Shown here: positions 23,596-32,000 of the stretch, one piece after another
Layout: each line of letters begins with the position of its first letter
Position numbering within the stretch: position 1 is the first letter of the stretch
NCBI GenBank assembly: GCA_046351255.1
Contig: JAXLYU010000011.1
Span: 243,617-275,616 of the forward strand
Reading direction: 5' to 3'
DNA: 32,000 nt
From: Labilithrix sp.
Lineage (GTDB): Bacteria; Myxococcota_A; Polyangia; Polyangiales; Polyangiaceae
Program-made: the position numbers and the translations under genes
The notes under the pieces: model-generated
What the model was told of the DNA's origin: nothing
Databases searched by the model: none
Seen by the model: the letters and a program-made list of their open reading frames with translations, nothing else

Positions 23596-24393
23596 TCACT
23601 CGAGATCGCAGACGACGTTGTCGAACAGCGCACTCCATCCCTCGGCGCCGCCGCTGAGAGAGATGGTGAGAGTCGCCTCGCTGGCGGGCCCCTGAGCAGC
23701 GCGACCTCCGACGATACGGCGCGGCGGAGAGTCCCCGAACGAGAGGGCGAGTCGCGCGTCCGGATCGGTCGGGCTGACATCGAAGTGGACGTGCACCCAG
23801 CGCCCGAGCGGGAGCGTACTGGAGTCGAGGAACTCGACGTGGCTCGTGACATCGCCGGCCACGGGCGGATAGCTCTGCGTGTGCACCAGCACCCCGCTAC
23901 CGCTCTGATCGAGGACGGAGAACCCGAAGCCGCCGGCTCCCCCTTCGCTCAGCACGACATCGAGGAGCGACATCGTCGTGTTCTCGGGCGCCGCCTCGAT
24001 ACGGACGTCGAGATCGCACGTGAGCTTCGAGATGGTCGCCTCGAGCCGCGCGACGAGGCTCGGCGACTTTGCGGGCGTCGCGGAGCTCGTCATGCGGAGG
24101 GCACGCGGCGGGCTCACGTAGAGGTCGTCGGTGTACGAGCACCTCTCCGCGTTCCTCGGGTTGGCTCCAGGGGTCCAGGGCGGCGACTTTCCAAGATCGC
24201 CGTCGTTCATGTCGTCGCAGAGCGCGTGCCCTTTCGCCGCGCAGTTGAACGAGGTCCAGTCGGAGGCCGCCGGCACGCCACCATCGCCGCCGTCCGGCGC
24301 GCCACCGTCGCCGTGCGATGGCGAGGCCTCGAAGCTCGAACAGCTCGTCACGAGGACCCCGAAGCCGGCCGCGAAACCCCACCTCCACACCAC
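23596..24393 (-). CDS. Hypothetical lipoprotein (possible jelly-roll/LamG-like fold)
   Basis: The frame is open from 24531, but the only signal peptide is obtained from the GTG at 24393: (M)VWRWGFAAGFGVLVTSCSS, with a lipobox. The start is uncertain. The C-terminal part (GRWVHVHFDVS...ATLTISLSGG) is beta-rich. I recognise no firm family. Confidence 0.5.
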   Translation of the reverse strand: MVWRWGFAAGFGVLVTSCSSFEASPSHGDGGAPDGGDGGVPAASDWTSFNCAAKGHALCDDMNDGDLGKSPPWTPGANPRNAERCSYTDDLYVSPPRALRMTSSATPAKSPSLVARLEATISKLTCDLDVRIEAAPENTTMSLLDVVLSEGGAGGFGFSVLDQSGSGVLVHTQSYPPVAGDVTSHVEFLDSSTLPLGRWVHVHFDVSPTDPDARLALSFGDSPPRRIVGGRAAQGPASEATLTISLSGGAEGWSALFDNVVCDLE

Positions 24394-24555
24394 CCACGAC
24401 TGTACCTGGACGAGGACGATGAGGGACGGTTGATCCACGTCTCCGACGACGCGGCATCTGCGCAACCCCACAACTCCACGGAATTGCTGGATCCATGCCA
24501 GTGTGTGCCGAAGTAGGTAGCGGCACGACATTCGCTGAGAGGGTAGGTGTTAGCC

Positions 24556-26751
24556 ATGAAGCACCTTCGAGCGCTCGTCGCCGTCCTCGGCCTCTCGGTC
24601 GCTGCGTCCGTCGCCTCCGTCGCCTGCGCGCCGGCCGGCAGCGACGATGCGGAGTCCTCCGAGGCCGAGATCGCGACGAAGCCGAGCGCGGACAAGATCA
24701 CGAGCCTCGCGCAGTACGACGCGCTCTCGACGGAAGGCGGCGGCTTCGGTCAGGCCGGGCGCCTCATGAAGTTCTTCATCGACTCGCGCGACCGCGCCAA
24801 CAAGCGCGTCTACTTCATCAACGCCAACTACCAGGAGCACGGCGAGACTCCGGACTGGGTGAAGTACCACTACTACTTCGCGCAGCACACGCTCGACATC
24901 CCCGAGGACACCGCCGAGTTCAACGACCGCACGTACTTCACGGACGACAAGCGCTACTACGCCGGCACGATCCAGACCTACCAGATCGACGACGGTGCGC
25001 CGCTCGTCGCGATCCAGCTCTATCCGGACGACGTCATTCACGAGGGCGGGATCGTCGAGCTCGTCGACGCGATCAAGAAGCAGATGAACATCCCCGGCGC
25101 GCGCATGGCGTTCGTCGCCGGCGGTCCGCAGCAGACGTTCGCCACGGTGAAGGACCAGCTGAAGCAGCGCGGCTACGAAGCGCTCGACGTCGAGGAGATC
25201 CTCGGCAACGTGAAGTACCTGCCGCTCAACCCGGGCGAGGCCTACGGCTATCTCCGCGTGTTTCCCAGGGACAGCGGCAACCTCCGTCCGACGGACATCG
25301 TCGTCTTCGACGAGCTCCCCCTCGACCTCACCGTCGTCGCAGGCACGATGACGCGCGTTTACCAGGACGTCACCTCGCACGTGAACCTCAAGTCGAAGGA
25401 GCGCGGCACCCCTAACATGGTGCTCCGCGACGCCGCGACCAACGCCGACCTCCAGAAGTTCGCGGACAAGCCGATTCACCTCACCGTCGGCAAGACGGGC
25501 TACACGATCGAAGCGTCGACGGACGCGGTGGTCCAGGCGAAGTACAAGGAGCGCACCAACAAGCCCTGGCAGGACCTCCCGATCGTCGCGGAGAAGAACC
25601 TCGTTCGCTACGACGACATGTGCCCGACGCTGAACACGAGCTGCACGCAGAACGGCAATCGCTTCGGCGGCAAGGGCGCGATGCTCGGCTTCCTCGCGAA
25701 CAAGAGCGTCCTCGGCCGCAAGAGCCAGTCCGGCTCGCAGTCCGCGAAGCTCGGCTACGACCTCGTGCCCTTCGGCTTCTCGATCCCGGTGCAGTGGTAC
25801 CGCGACTTCGTGGGCGCGAACCCGGAGCTCGAGGCGAAGATCGACGACCTCGTGAAGAAGGAGAAGAGCGGCGCGCTCTCCCCCAACGAGCGCGCCGCTC
25901 TCTCGCTCGCGGTCCAGAACGCGTTCTACACGGCGAAGGTCCCCGCGGAGCAGCTCGCGAAGGTGAACGCGGAGATCGCGTTCCTCAAGACGCAGGTTCC
26001 CGCGATGGCGAAGATGAAGTTCCGCTCGAGCGCGAACGCGGAGGACATTCCGAACTTCGACGGCGCCGGTCTCCACGACAGCTTCAGCGTGAAGCTCTCG
26101 AGCGTCGACAACCCGGAGATGTCTTGTCACATCGAGGAAGAGCCCGACGGCGTCGCCACCAAGCGCGAGATCAAGCCGAAGACCCCGCAGTGCGGCATCA
26201 AGGGCGTCTTCGCGAGCCTCTGGAACACGCGCGCCATCGAGGAGCGCTCCTTCGCCCGCCTCGACCATGCCGCCGCGAGCATGGGCATCGCGGTCGTCCC
26301 CGAGTACGACGTGGAGAGCGAAGTGGCGGCGAACGGCGTGCTCATCACGCGCTCCGTGAACAGCGACTTCCTCGCGTACACGATAAGCCTCCAGCAGGCG
26401 AACAACCTCGTCACCAACCCGGACCCGGGCACCATCTCGCAGATGACGCTCGCGACCTTCAGCGACGGCGTCCGCCCCACCCGCTTCACCATCACGCGCT
26501 ACGCCACGCCCGTCGCCAGCTCGCCGAAGCTCACGAAGAGCGTCCTCCCCGAGGCTCAGCTCAATCAGGTCACGAACCTCGCCAAGGCGGTGGAAGAGGC
26601 CTACTGCCGGGTCAAGCCGGGTTACTACGACAACGACTGCCAGTACGTTTCCCTCGACGAAACCAAGCCCCGCTCGCTGGATATGGAGTTCAAGTACCTG
26701 GCCAACGGCCAATTCGTCATGAAGCAAGCGCGCGAGTTCCACGGCCACTGA
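24556..26751 (+). CDS. Exported PEP-utilising-enzyme-like protein: lipoprotein signal, unknown N-domain, His swivel (PEP-utilisers mobile) domain, then PPDK_N-type ATP-grasp domain
   Basis: ATG at 24556 (MKHLRALVAVLGLSVAASVASVACAPAG, with a lipobox). The swivel-domain match is TDIVVFDELPLDLTVVAGTMTRVYQDVTSHVNLKSKERGTPNM, with the TSH phospho-histidine context. The ATP-grasp matches are FGGKGAMLGFL, KFRSSANAEDIPNFDGAGLHDSF, IKGVFASLWNTRAIEERSF and MGIAVVPEY...NGVLITRS. Confidence 0.8.
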   Translation: MKHLRALVAVLGLSVAASVASVACAPAGSDDAESSEAEIATKPSADKITSLAQYDALSTEGGGFGQAGRLMKFFIDSRDRANKRVYFINANYQEHGETPDWVKYHYYFAQHTLDIPEDTAEFNDRTYFTDDKRYYAGTIQTYQIDDGAPLVAIQLYPDDVIHEGGIVELVDAIKKQMNIPGARMAFVAGGPQQTFATVKDQLKQRGYEALDVEEILGNVKYLPLNPGEAYGYLRVFPRDSGNLRPTDIVVFDELPLDLTVVAGTMTRVYQDVTSHVNLKSKERGTPNMVLRDAATNADLQKFADKPIHLTVGKTGYTIEASTDAVVQAKYKERTNKPWQDLPIVAEKNLVRYDDMCPTLNTSCTQNGNRFGGKGAMLGFLANKSVLGRKSQSGSQSAKLGYDLVPFGFSIPVQWYRDFVGANPELEAKIDDLVKKEKSGALSPNERAALSLAVQNAFYTAKVPAEQLAKVNAEIAFLKTQVPAMAKMKFRSSANAEDIPNFDGAGLHDSFSVKLSSVDNPEMSCHIEEEPDGVATKREIKPKTPQCGIKGVFASLWNTRAIEERSFARLDHAAASMGIAVVPEYDVESEVAANGVLITRSVNSDFLAYTISLQQANNLVTNPDPGTISQMTLATFSDGVRPTRFTITRYATPVASSPKLTKSVLPEAQLNQVTNLAKAVEEAYCRVKPGYYDNDCQYVSLDETKPRSLDMEFKYLANGQFVMKQAREFHGH

Positions 26752-26773
26752 GCGTGTGAGACAATCAGGGCTG

Positions 26774-27667
26774 ATGCGTCGGCTCGTCCTCGCGTCCGCT
26801 TTCGCGACCTTCACCTTCGCCGCGCTCGACGCGTCCGCGTTCTGCCGCTCGACGACCTGCCGCGACACGGCCACGAAGAAGTGCGCGGTGGACGAGAACC
26901 AGTGCCCGTCGTCGGGCGCCCCGCTCCGCTGGCCCACCACGTGCCTCGCCTACGCGATGAATCGCCTGGGCACGCAGTCGCTCGATCCCGCGGACACCCG
27001 GCCCGTCATCGCGAAGGCGTTCGCCGCCTGGACGGACGTGAAGTGCAAGGACGGTACGACGGCGAAGATGGCCTTCACCGAGCTCGAGCCGATCAAGTGC
27101 AAGAAGAGCGAGTACAACAAGGACGGCCCGAACGTGAACGTCGTCCTCTTCCAGGACAACGACTGGAAGTACCGCGGCATCGACGGCACACTCGCGAAGA
27201 CCAGCGTCACGTACAACGACGACACGGGTGAGATCTACGACGCGGACATCGAGGTCAACGCCGCGAACAACGAGGTCACGATCGACGACACGGACATCGA
27301 GTACGACCTCCAGGCGATCCTGACCCACGAGGTCGGCCACTTCATCGGTATCGCGCACTCGGCGCGGTCCGACGCGGTCATGTACGCGTCCTACTCGCCC
27401 GGCTCCGTCTCCCAGCGGGTCCTCACCGACGACGACATCGCGGCCCTCTGCGAGATTTACCCGTCGACCTACGATGCAGCATGCAATACCGAGCCGAAGA
27501 ACGGCTACAGCCCGACCTGCGACGACCCCGAGGACGACGGCGGAATTTGCGCCGCGACCCCGGGCGCACGGGCCGGGGGCGGGCTATCCTATGGAGTCGC
27601 GACGATCTTCTTGGGCTCGGGTCTATGGGCGGCGCGCAGGCGGCGTCGCCGGAGGTTGATTCCGTGA
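26774..27667 (+). CDS. Matrixin-type (M10 family) zinc metalloprotease with a MYXO-CTERM-like C-terminal sorting tail
   Basis: ATG at 26774 (MRRLVLASAFATFTFAALDASA, signal peptide). Zinc site HEVGHFIGIAHS with Met-turn AVMYASY. The C-terminus is ...GGICAATPGARAGGGLSYGVATIFLGSGLWAARRRRRRR: a Cys, a Gly-rich stretch, a TM helix and an Arg cluster. Confidence 0.85.
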   Translation: MRRLVLASAFATFTFAALDASAFCRSTTCRDTATKKCAVDENQCPSSGAPLRWPTTCLAYAMNRLGTQSLDPADTRPVIAKAFAAWTDVKCKDGTTAKMAFTELEPIKCKKSEYNKDGPNVNVVLFQDNDWKYRGIDGTLAKTSVTYNDDTGEIYDADIEVNAANNEVTIDDTDIEYDLQAILTHEVGHFIGIAHSARSDAVMYASYSPGSVSQRVLTDDDIAALCEIYPSTYDAACNTEPKNGYSPTCDDPEDDGGICAATPGARAGGGLSYGVATIFLGSGLWAARRRRRRRLIP

Positions 27668-28926
27668 TTCGGTACTTGCTTTCGGCCGCTGCGGTTCTGG
27701 GCACGGTCATCGTCATCGCCGGCTGTCCTTCGTCGACAGGCACGACGGACGACGAGATGATCTGCACGCCTGGCAACTTCGTGTTCTGCAAGTGCGCGGA
27801 CCTCGCCAAGGGGACGAAGCTCTGCAACCCCGACGGCAAGGGCTTCGGAGCCTGCGCGTCGAAGGCGGACGGCGAGTGCAAGGGCGGCGAGGTCCAGGAC
27901 CCCAACACGAACAAGAAGGTCGACGGCAACGGCGACGTCATCCCCGGCCAGACGGGCGACGACGACACGACGGACGACGACGACACGCAGCCTCAGTCGG
28001 ACGAGCGCGACATCTGCCCCGGAAAGCCGATCGCGGTCCCGCCGGGTGATCCGATCCTCCTCGAAGGCGACACGAGCCGCGCCGTGGGAGATCGTCGCGG
28101 CAAGCCAGGCGGCGCCTGCGCGACGTCCATCGGCGCGAAGGACTACATCTATCATCTCATCCCGTCCGGGACCGGCTCCCTCCAGGTGACCGTGCAGGGC
28201 CAGGGCGCGCTCGACCCCGTCGTCTACCTCCGCACCACGTGCGACGACGAGACGACGCAGGTCGCATGCGGTCCGCAGAGCGGCACGAAGACGGCGACCA
28301 CGAAGGTCGCGGTGTCGACGGGCAAGGACTACTTCCTCTTCGTGGATGGCGCGTCCGGCGGCAGCGGCGCGTACACCGCGACCGTGACCCTCACGGCTGG
28401 CACGTTCTGCGGCGACGGCACCGTGGATCAGGGCGAGGCGTGCGACGACACGAATCACGCCGCCGGTGACGGCTGCAACCCCGACTGCCGCGGCGTCGAC
28501 GGCGATCCCGCGGTCGGCGGCGCCTGCCCCGGGCAGTCCGTCGACGTGTGGAAGGGCTCGACCGTGAAGGGCAAGGGCTCGACGGCCGCGTTCGGCAACT
28601 CGCTCGCGACGCCCGACAAGACCACCTGCGCGAGCCTGCCGGCCTCGGGCACCAACCAGGGCAAAGACCACGTCTACAAGGTGATCCCGCACGCGGCCGG
28701 GACGCTGACGGTCACGCTCGCGGCGCAGGACAGCGGCACGCCCCTCTCGCCCGACCTCTTCCTCGCCGCCCACGACACGTGCTCCACGAACGCGCCGACG
28801 GTGTCGTGCACGACGGGCACCACGCCGATGGTCCTCACCGTCGATGCGAACAAGCCCGTCTACGTCGCGGTCGACGGCGCCACCGCCGCGAACGCGAAGT
28901 ACCTGGTCAGCTTCAACCTGAAATGA
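27664..28926 (+). CDS. Cys-rich lipoprotein with a Myxococcus cysteine-rich repeat and two PPC-like beta-sandwich domains
   Basis: A GTG at 27664 follows GGAGG (27651-27655) and overlaps the matrixin stop (GTGA). It gives (M)IRYLLSAAAVLGTVIVIAGCPSS, with a lipobox. FCGDGTVDQGEACDDTNHAAGDGCNPDC matches the Myxococcus Cys-rich repeat. There are two copies of a C-P-G...h-Y-h-h-x-P-x-x-G-x-L-x-V-T-h...V-D-G module resembling pre-peptidase C-terminal (PPC) domains. Confidence 0.75.
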   Translation: MIRYLLSAAAVLGTVIVIAGCPSSTGTTDDEMICTPGNFVFCKCADLAKGTKLCNPDGKGFGACASKADGECKGGEVQDPNTNKKVDGNGDVIPGQTGDDDTTDDDDTQPQSDERDICPGKPIAVPPGDPILLEGDTSRAVGDRRGKPGGACATSIGAKDYIYHLIPSGTGSLQVTVQGQGALDPVVYLRTTCDDETTQVACGPQSGTKTATTKVAVSTGKDYFLFVDGASGGSGAYTATVTLTAGTFCGDGTVDQGEACDDTNHAAGDGCNPDCRGVDGDPAVGGACPGQSVDVWKGSTVKGKGSTAAFGNSLATPDKTTCASLPASGTNQGKDHVYKVIPHAAGTLTVTLAAQDSGTPLSPDLFLAAHDTCSTNAPTVSCTTGTTPMVLTVDANKPVYVAVDGATAANAKYLVSFNLK

Positions 28927-29780
28927 GCGCGATCATGCGCCTTCGGTCGTCGCTCCTCCCGGCCGCGGTCCTCGGGCTCTTCCTCGCGTGCAGCTCCACG
29001 CCGGAGAAGAAGTCGACGCTCTGCACCCCGAACAAGCCGTCGTACTGCCGCTGCCAGGACCGCAACCAGGGCGAGAAGGTCTGCGCCGCGGACGGCAAGA
29101 GCTTCGGCAAATGCGAGCCGTGCGAGACCTTCGACAACCCGGAGGGCCCGCTCTTGCCGGGAGATCCGGGGTACGAGGGCGACGACGACAATCCCTTCCC
29201 CGAGATCGACAGCGGCTCCGAGCACCCCGACGACAGCGGCGCGACCGAGCCACCGAGCTGCGGCGACGGCAAGGTGCAGACCGGCGAAGACTGCGACGAC
29301 GAGAACGCGAACAACGACGACGGCTGCAACGACAAGTGCAAGCTCGCGGGGACCACGCCCGCGGCGACCGCGACCTGTCCGGGCCTCGACGTCGACGTGT
29401 GGGGCGGCGAGCACAAGCCGACGCTCTCGACCACGACCGCGGGCTCCGGCAAGCGCAAGACGAAGGACCTCTGCGCGGCCTCGGGCTCCACCGCGTCGGA
29501 CGGAAGCGACGCGGCAGACCGCGTGTTCCACGTCACGGCGCACAAGGCTGGCACGATGTACGTGTCGGTCACGGGCGCGACCTTCAATGTGTATCTCTAC
29601 GTGGCGAAGGACTGCGACCCGGCGACCGAGATCGCGACCAAGTGCGTGAACAAGGCGAACCAGGTCGGCGACGAGACGCTCACCTTCGGGGTCACCGCGA
29701 ACACGAGCTACACCGTGTTCGTCGACGGCGCCGAGAGCGGCGCCGAGGGCGACTTCAAGGTGACGTTCTCGATTCAATGA
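28923..29780 (+). CDS. Cys-rich lipoprotein, a shorter paralogue of the preceding gene (one PPC-like domain)
   Basis: The ATG at 28923 overlaps the upstream stop (ATGA). It gives MSAIMRLRSSLLPAAVLGLFLACSS, with a lipobox. It shares the N-terminal module C-T-P-x5-C-[KR]-C-x5-G-x-K-x-C-x2-D-G-K-x-F-G-x-C with the previous protein. It also has SCGDGKVQTGEDCDDENANNDDGCNDKC and one PPC-like module (RVFHVTAHKAGTMYVSVTG...YTVFVDGAESG). Confidence 0.75.
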   Translation: MSAIMRLRSSLLPAAVLGLFLACSSTPEKKSTLCTPNKPSYCRCQDRNQGEKVCAADGKSFGKCEPCETFDNPEGPLLPGDPGYEGDDDNPFPEIDSGSEHPDDSGATEPPSCGDGKVQTGEDCDDENANNDDGCNDKCKLAGTTPAATATCPGLDVDVWGGEHKPTLSTTTAGSGKRKTKDLCAASGSTASDGSDAADRVFHVTAHKAGTMYVSVTGATFNVYLYVAKDCDPATEIATKCVNKANQVGDETLTFGVTANTSYTVFVDGAESGAEGDFKVTFSIQ

Positions 29781-31962
29781 GCCGCAAGACGTCCGCCCGC
29801 TGATCGCGGCGGAGACGCGCCCGGAGCGACGCTCGCGTCAGCGAGCGCGGACCGCTATCGAATTCTACGTCACGAAGCGCACCTGCGAGCTCGGCGCGCA
29901 CCCAGGTGGCGCGCCCCTCGCGGGTCCGCGCGTGCGAGGCCGCCACCGCGTTTGCCGCCCAGCGTGCGATCGAGCCGTCGTCGTAGCGCGCGACGGAGAG
30001 ATCTGCGAACGCGCCGTGATAGATGACGTGGAGCTCCTCGCGCGCCGCGGGGTCGCGACCCGCGTAGGTGCCCATCACGAAGCGGGCGTCGTCGGCGCTG
30101 CCGCCGAGGAGCAGCGCGAGCGACGCATCGGCGCCTGCGCCGGGGTCGCCGACCTTCCTCCGGAGCTCCGCGGTGATGGCGGGCGGGAGGCTCATTGCCC
30201 CGAGCGCGCGAGAGACGCCGCGCCGGACGGGCATCGCGGTGGCCGCGTCGACGAGGTCGACGAGGGAGCTGGCGGAGCTCGGATGCCGCGCGAGCGCCTC
30301 GAGGTAGCAGCTCCGGATGATCTCCTCCCGCGCGGGCAGCGCGGCGGTCGTGGGCGCGCGCCGCATCTTCTGCGCGATCTCCTCCATCTGCGCGTCCGTC
30401 GCCGTGATGGCCAGCGCGAAGGCGGCTTCCATCCTCGCCTGCTCGTTGCCGAGCGGATCCTCGATGAACTTCACGAGCAGCGGGAACGCCCGCGGATCGC
30501 CCCACTCCGCGAAGCCCTGCGAAGCCCCGGTCCCTAGCGCGCGCACCGTCATCCCGAGGACGGCGTTTCCGCCGCCGAGGAGCCCGTCCATCGTGGCGTC
30601 GAGCGTGGCCGGACGTCGCTGGAGCTGCGTCTCGAGGATCGCCCAGCCATCCCTCGACGCGCCGAGATAGCGAAGCGCGCTCTGGGCGGTGGCCCATTCG
30701 ACAGGGAAATTCTGCTGGCCCGCGCGCGGCAACGGGACGGCCGGGTTGGCCCACTTGCGAAGCAGCGGTAGCCCCTCCTTCACCTCCGCCCGGGCGATGA
30801 AACGAAGGCTATTGGCGTGCGGCTGCGGGCGCGAGGTGAGCCACTGGCGAACCGAGGGCCACGCGACCTTGCGGAGCTCGCCGCGCTCGGCCGGATGGAG
30901 CGTCGCCAGCTCGCCGAGCATGCGGGCGCATGCGACCCGCTCGCTGTCGTCACGGCGAAGCTCGTCGTCGACGCCGGCCGAGTAGAGCTTCAGCGGGTCC
31001 TGCTCCATGCGCCACGCGAGCGTGGGCGCGGCGCGCACGTCGCCGATCTCGGCGAGGCGAAGGGCCGCCTCGGTGCGCCAGCGCGGCTCCGGCTTCGTCT
31101 CGAGGTAGCGCACGAGCGCGTCGGCGGCCCCGGGATCCGATCGCGCGCGCAGCCGATCGAAGATCGCCTTCGTCCGGAGCTTCACGTGGCTCGGGCTGGG
31201 CGCGCCCCTGGACGCGAGCGGGAGCGCGAGCACGAGGCCCTTGGCGCCCGCGCCGCCGCCGATCGCGTCGAGGATGCTCATCCACGTGTCGTGGTCCGCC
31301 TTCTCGAGCGCGGCGCCGAGCTCGGCGGGGGCGGTGTTCCCGGCGTCTCGCGCGAGCACGGCGAGACCGAGCCGGCGGATGCGCGGCTCGTCGCTGGCAG
31401 CGAGCGCGGCCGCCTTCGACGCCGGAAGGAGCGTGACGAGGCGCTCGAGGGAGAACGCGGGCTCGCCGTCGAGGTCGGTCTGCGTCTCGAGCGTCCCGCT
31501 CCGGTGCTCGGCGATCGCGTCGTCGGCGACGCCCGCATCGCCGAGGCGGACGAGGGACCAGACGACGACCGCGCGATCGGCGTTGGTGCTCTCGTTCAGC
31601 GCAGCGCGGAGCGCGGGCTTCGCGCGATCGTCGCCGAGCTCACCGAGCGCGCGAGCCGCGACGGCGCGCACCGCCGGATTCGAGAGCGCCTTCGCGATGG
31701 CCGGCACCGACTCGCGATCCTGCGCCCACGCGAGCTGCGTGATCGCCTCCGTGGCGTAGGCCGGATCGTCGTCCAAGATCCACCCGCGGTAGGTCAGAAA
31801 TGCCTCCACAAGCGAAAGCGACGCGACCTCGCGACGCCCGTACACGGGGCGCGCCGGCTCGGGTCTCTGCTCGACGACCGGGACGACGACGCTCTGCCTC
31901 GTGTCGCGCGGCGCGGACGCGCAGGCGACGAGGATGACCGAGACGAGCGCTCGTCGCTTCAC
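29755..31962 (-). CDS. HEAT/ARM-like repeat lipoprotein
   Basis: GTG start at 31962, giving (M)KRRALVSVILVACASAP, with a lipobox. The body is alpha-helical and A/L/R-rich, with repeats such as AVRAVAARALGELGDDRAKPALRAAL typical of HEAT_2/PBS-lyase-type repeats. Its 3' end overlaps the convergent gene by 26 nt. Confidence 0.72.
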   Translation of the reverse strand: MKRRALVSVILVACASAPRDTRQSVVVPVVEQRPEPARPVYGRREVASLSLVEAFLTYRGWILDDDPAYATEAITQLAWAQDRESVPAIAKALSNPAVRAVAARALGELGDDRAKPALRAALNESTNADRAVVVWSLVRLGDAGVADDAIAEHRSGTLETQTDLDGEPAFSLERLVTLLPASKAAALAASDEPRIRRLGLAVLARDAGNTAPAELGAALEKADHDTWMSILDAIGGGAGAKGLVLALPLASRGAPSPSHVKLRTKAIFDRLRARSDPGAADALVRYLETKPEPRWRTEAALRLAEIGDVRAAPTLAWRMEQDPLKLYSAGVDDELRRDDSERVACARMLGELATLHPAERGELRKVAWPSVRQWLTSRPQPHANSLRFIARAEVKEGLPLLRKWANPAVPLPRAGQQNFPVEWATAQSALRYLGASRDGWAILETQLQRRPATLDATMDGLLGGGNAVLGMTVRALGTGASQGFAEWGDPRAFPLLVKFIEDPLGNEQARMEAAFALAITATDAQMEEIAQKMRRAPTTAALPAREEIIRSCYLEALARHPSSASSLVDLVDAATAMPVRRGVSRALGAMSLPPAITAELRRKVGDPGAGADASLALLLGGSADDARFVMGTYAGRDPAAREELHVIYHGAFADLSVARYDDGSIARWAANAVAASHARTREGRATWVRAELAGALRDVEFDSGPRSLTRASLRARLRRDQRADVLRLIESRTSP

Positions 31963-32000
31963 TCGGGCAGCTTCCCGCTGCGGTCTCGCTCCGTCTCGGC
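31959..32000 (-). CDS. 3' end of an upstream minus-strand gene (fragment only)
   Basis: The stop TGA (complement of 31959-31961) overlaps the GTG start of the HEAT lipoprotein (GTGA). Hand translation of the last 13 codons gives ...AETERDRSGKLPE, with G/C in the third position in 12 of 13 codons. The fragment is too short to identify. Confidence 0.25.
   Translation of the reverse strand, partial: AETERDRSGKLPE

Noticed and set aside
22000-23657. 419-aa minus-strand and 524-aa + strand ORFs spanning 22.0-23.7 kb
   Set aside because: These are shadow frames over the charged tail-anchored protein and the CBM9-like lipoprotein. They are R/G/A-rich and lack signal peptides or domains.
24550-26940. 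796-aa minus-strand ORF
   Set aside because: It is antisense to the PEP-utilising-like gene, which carries several specific motifs. The antisense product is low-complexity.

Overview
This is a high-G+C window (coding regions look about 70% G+C). Its gene content points to Myxococcota: a MYXO-CTERM-like sorting tail, Myxococcus cysteine-rich repeats, and many lipoproteins with L-x-x-C lipoboxes. All calls were made by eye from the sequence and the ORF track; no searches were run.

Credible genes, left to right:
- a partial secreted Cys-rich protein (-)
- Lon protease (+)
- thiolase (-)
- a small zf-UBP protein (-)
- an Omp85/BamA-family protein (-)
- an EEP-family nuclease/phosphatase (-)
- a stand-alone globin (+), convergent with a winged-helix/STAND-ATPase/globin fusion regulator (-)
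- a lipoprotein (-)
- a membrane pyrophosphatase (-)
- a small beta-barrel OMP (-)
- a CapA-family lipoprotein (-)
- a 14-blade RCC1-repeat lipoprotein (+)
- a LigB-type extradiol dioxygenase (-)
- a roughly 3.1 kb stretch with no credible ORF (18913-22020)
- a highly charged tail-anchored protein (+)
- a CBM9-like lipoprotein (+)
- a hypothetical lipoprotein (-)
- a tightly coupled four-gene exported cluster (+): a permuted PEP-utilising/ATP-grasp lipoprotein, a matrixin with a MYXO-CTERM-like tail, and two paralogous Cys-rich PPC-like lipoproteins
- a HEAT-repeat lipoprotein (-)

Most of the long Arg/Ala/Gly/Pro-rich ORFs in the track are antisense or off-frame shadows typical of high-GC DNA.

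The most unusual signal is the gene desert. On the + strand it has a sigma70-like promoter (19468-19496) sitting just downstream of two perfect tandem DnaA boxes. About 2.4 kb further on is a textbook intrinsic terminator (21900-21943). Between them there is no ORF, but there are many compact hairpins whose loops are GNRA/UNCG-type only on the + strand. I read this as a candidate very large structured noncoding RNA, possibly combined with a DnaA-box/AT-rich origin-like or DnaA-controlled element.

Secondary leads are the globin-fused STAND regulator with its paralogous stand-alone globin, and the exported PEP-utilising-like enzyme operon.
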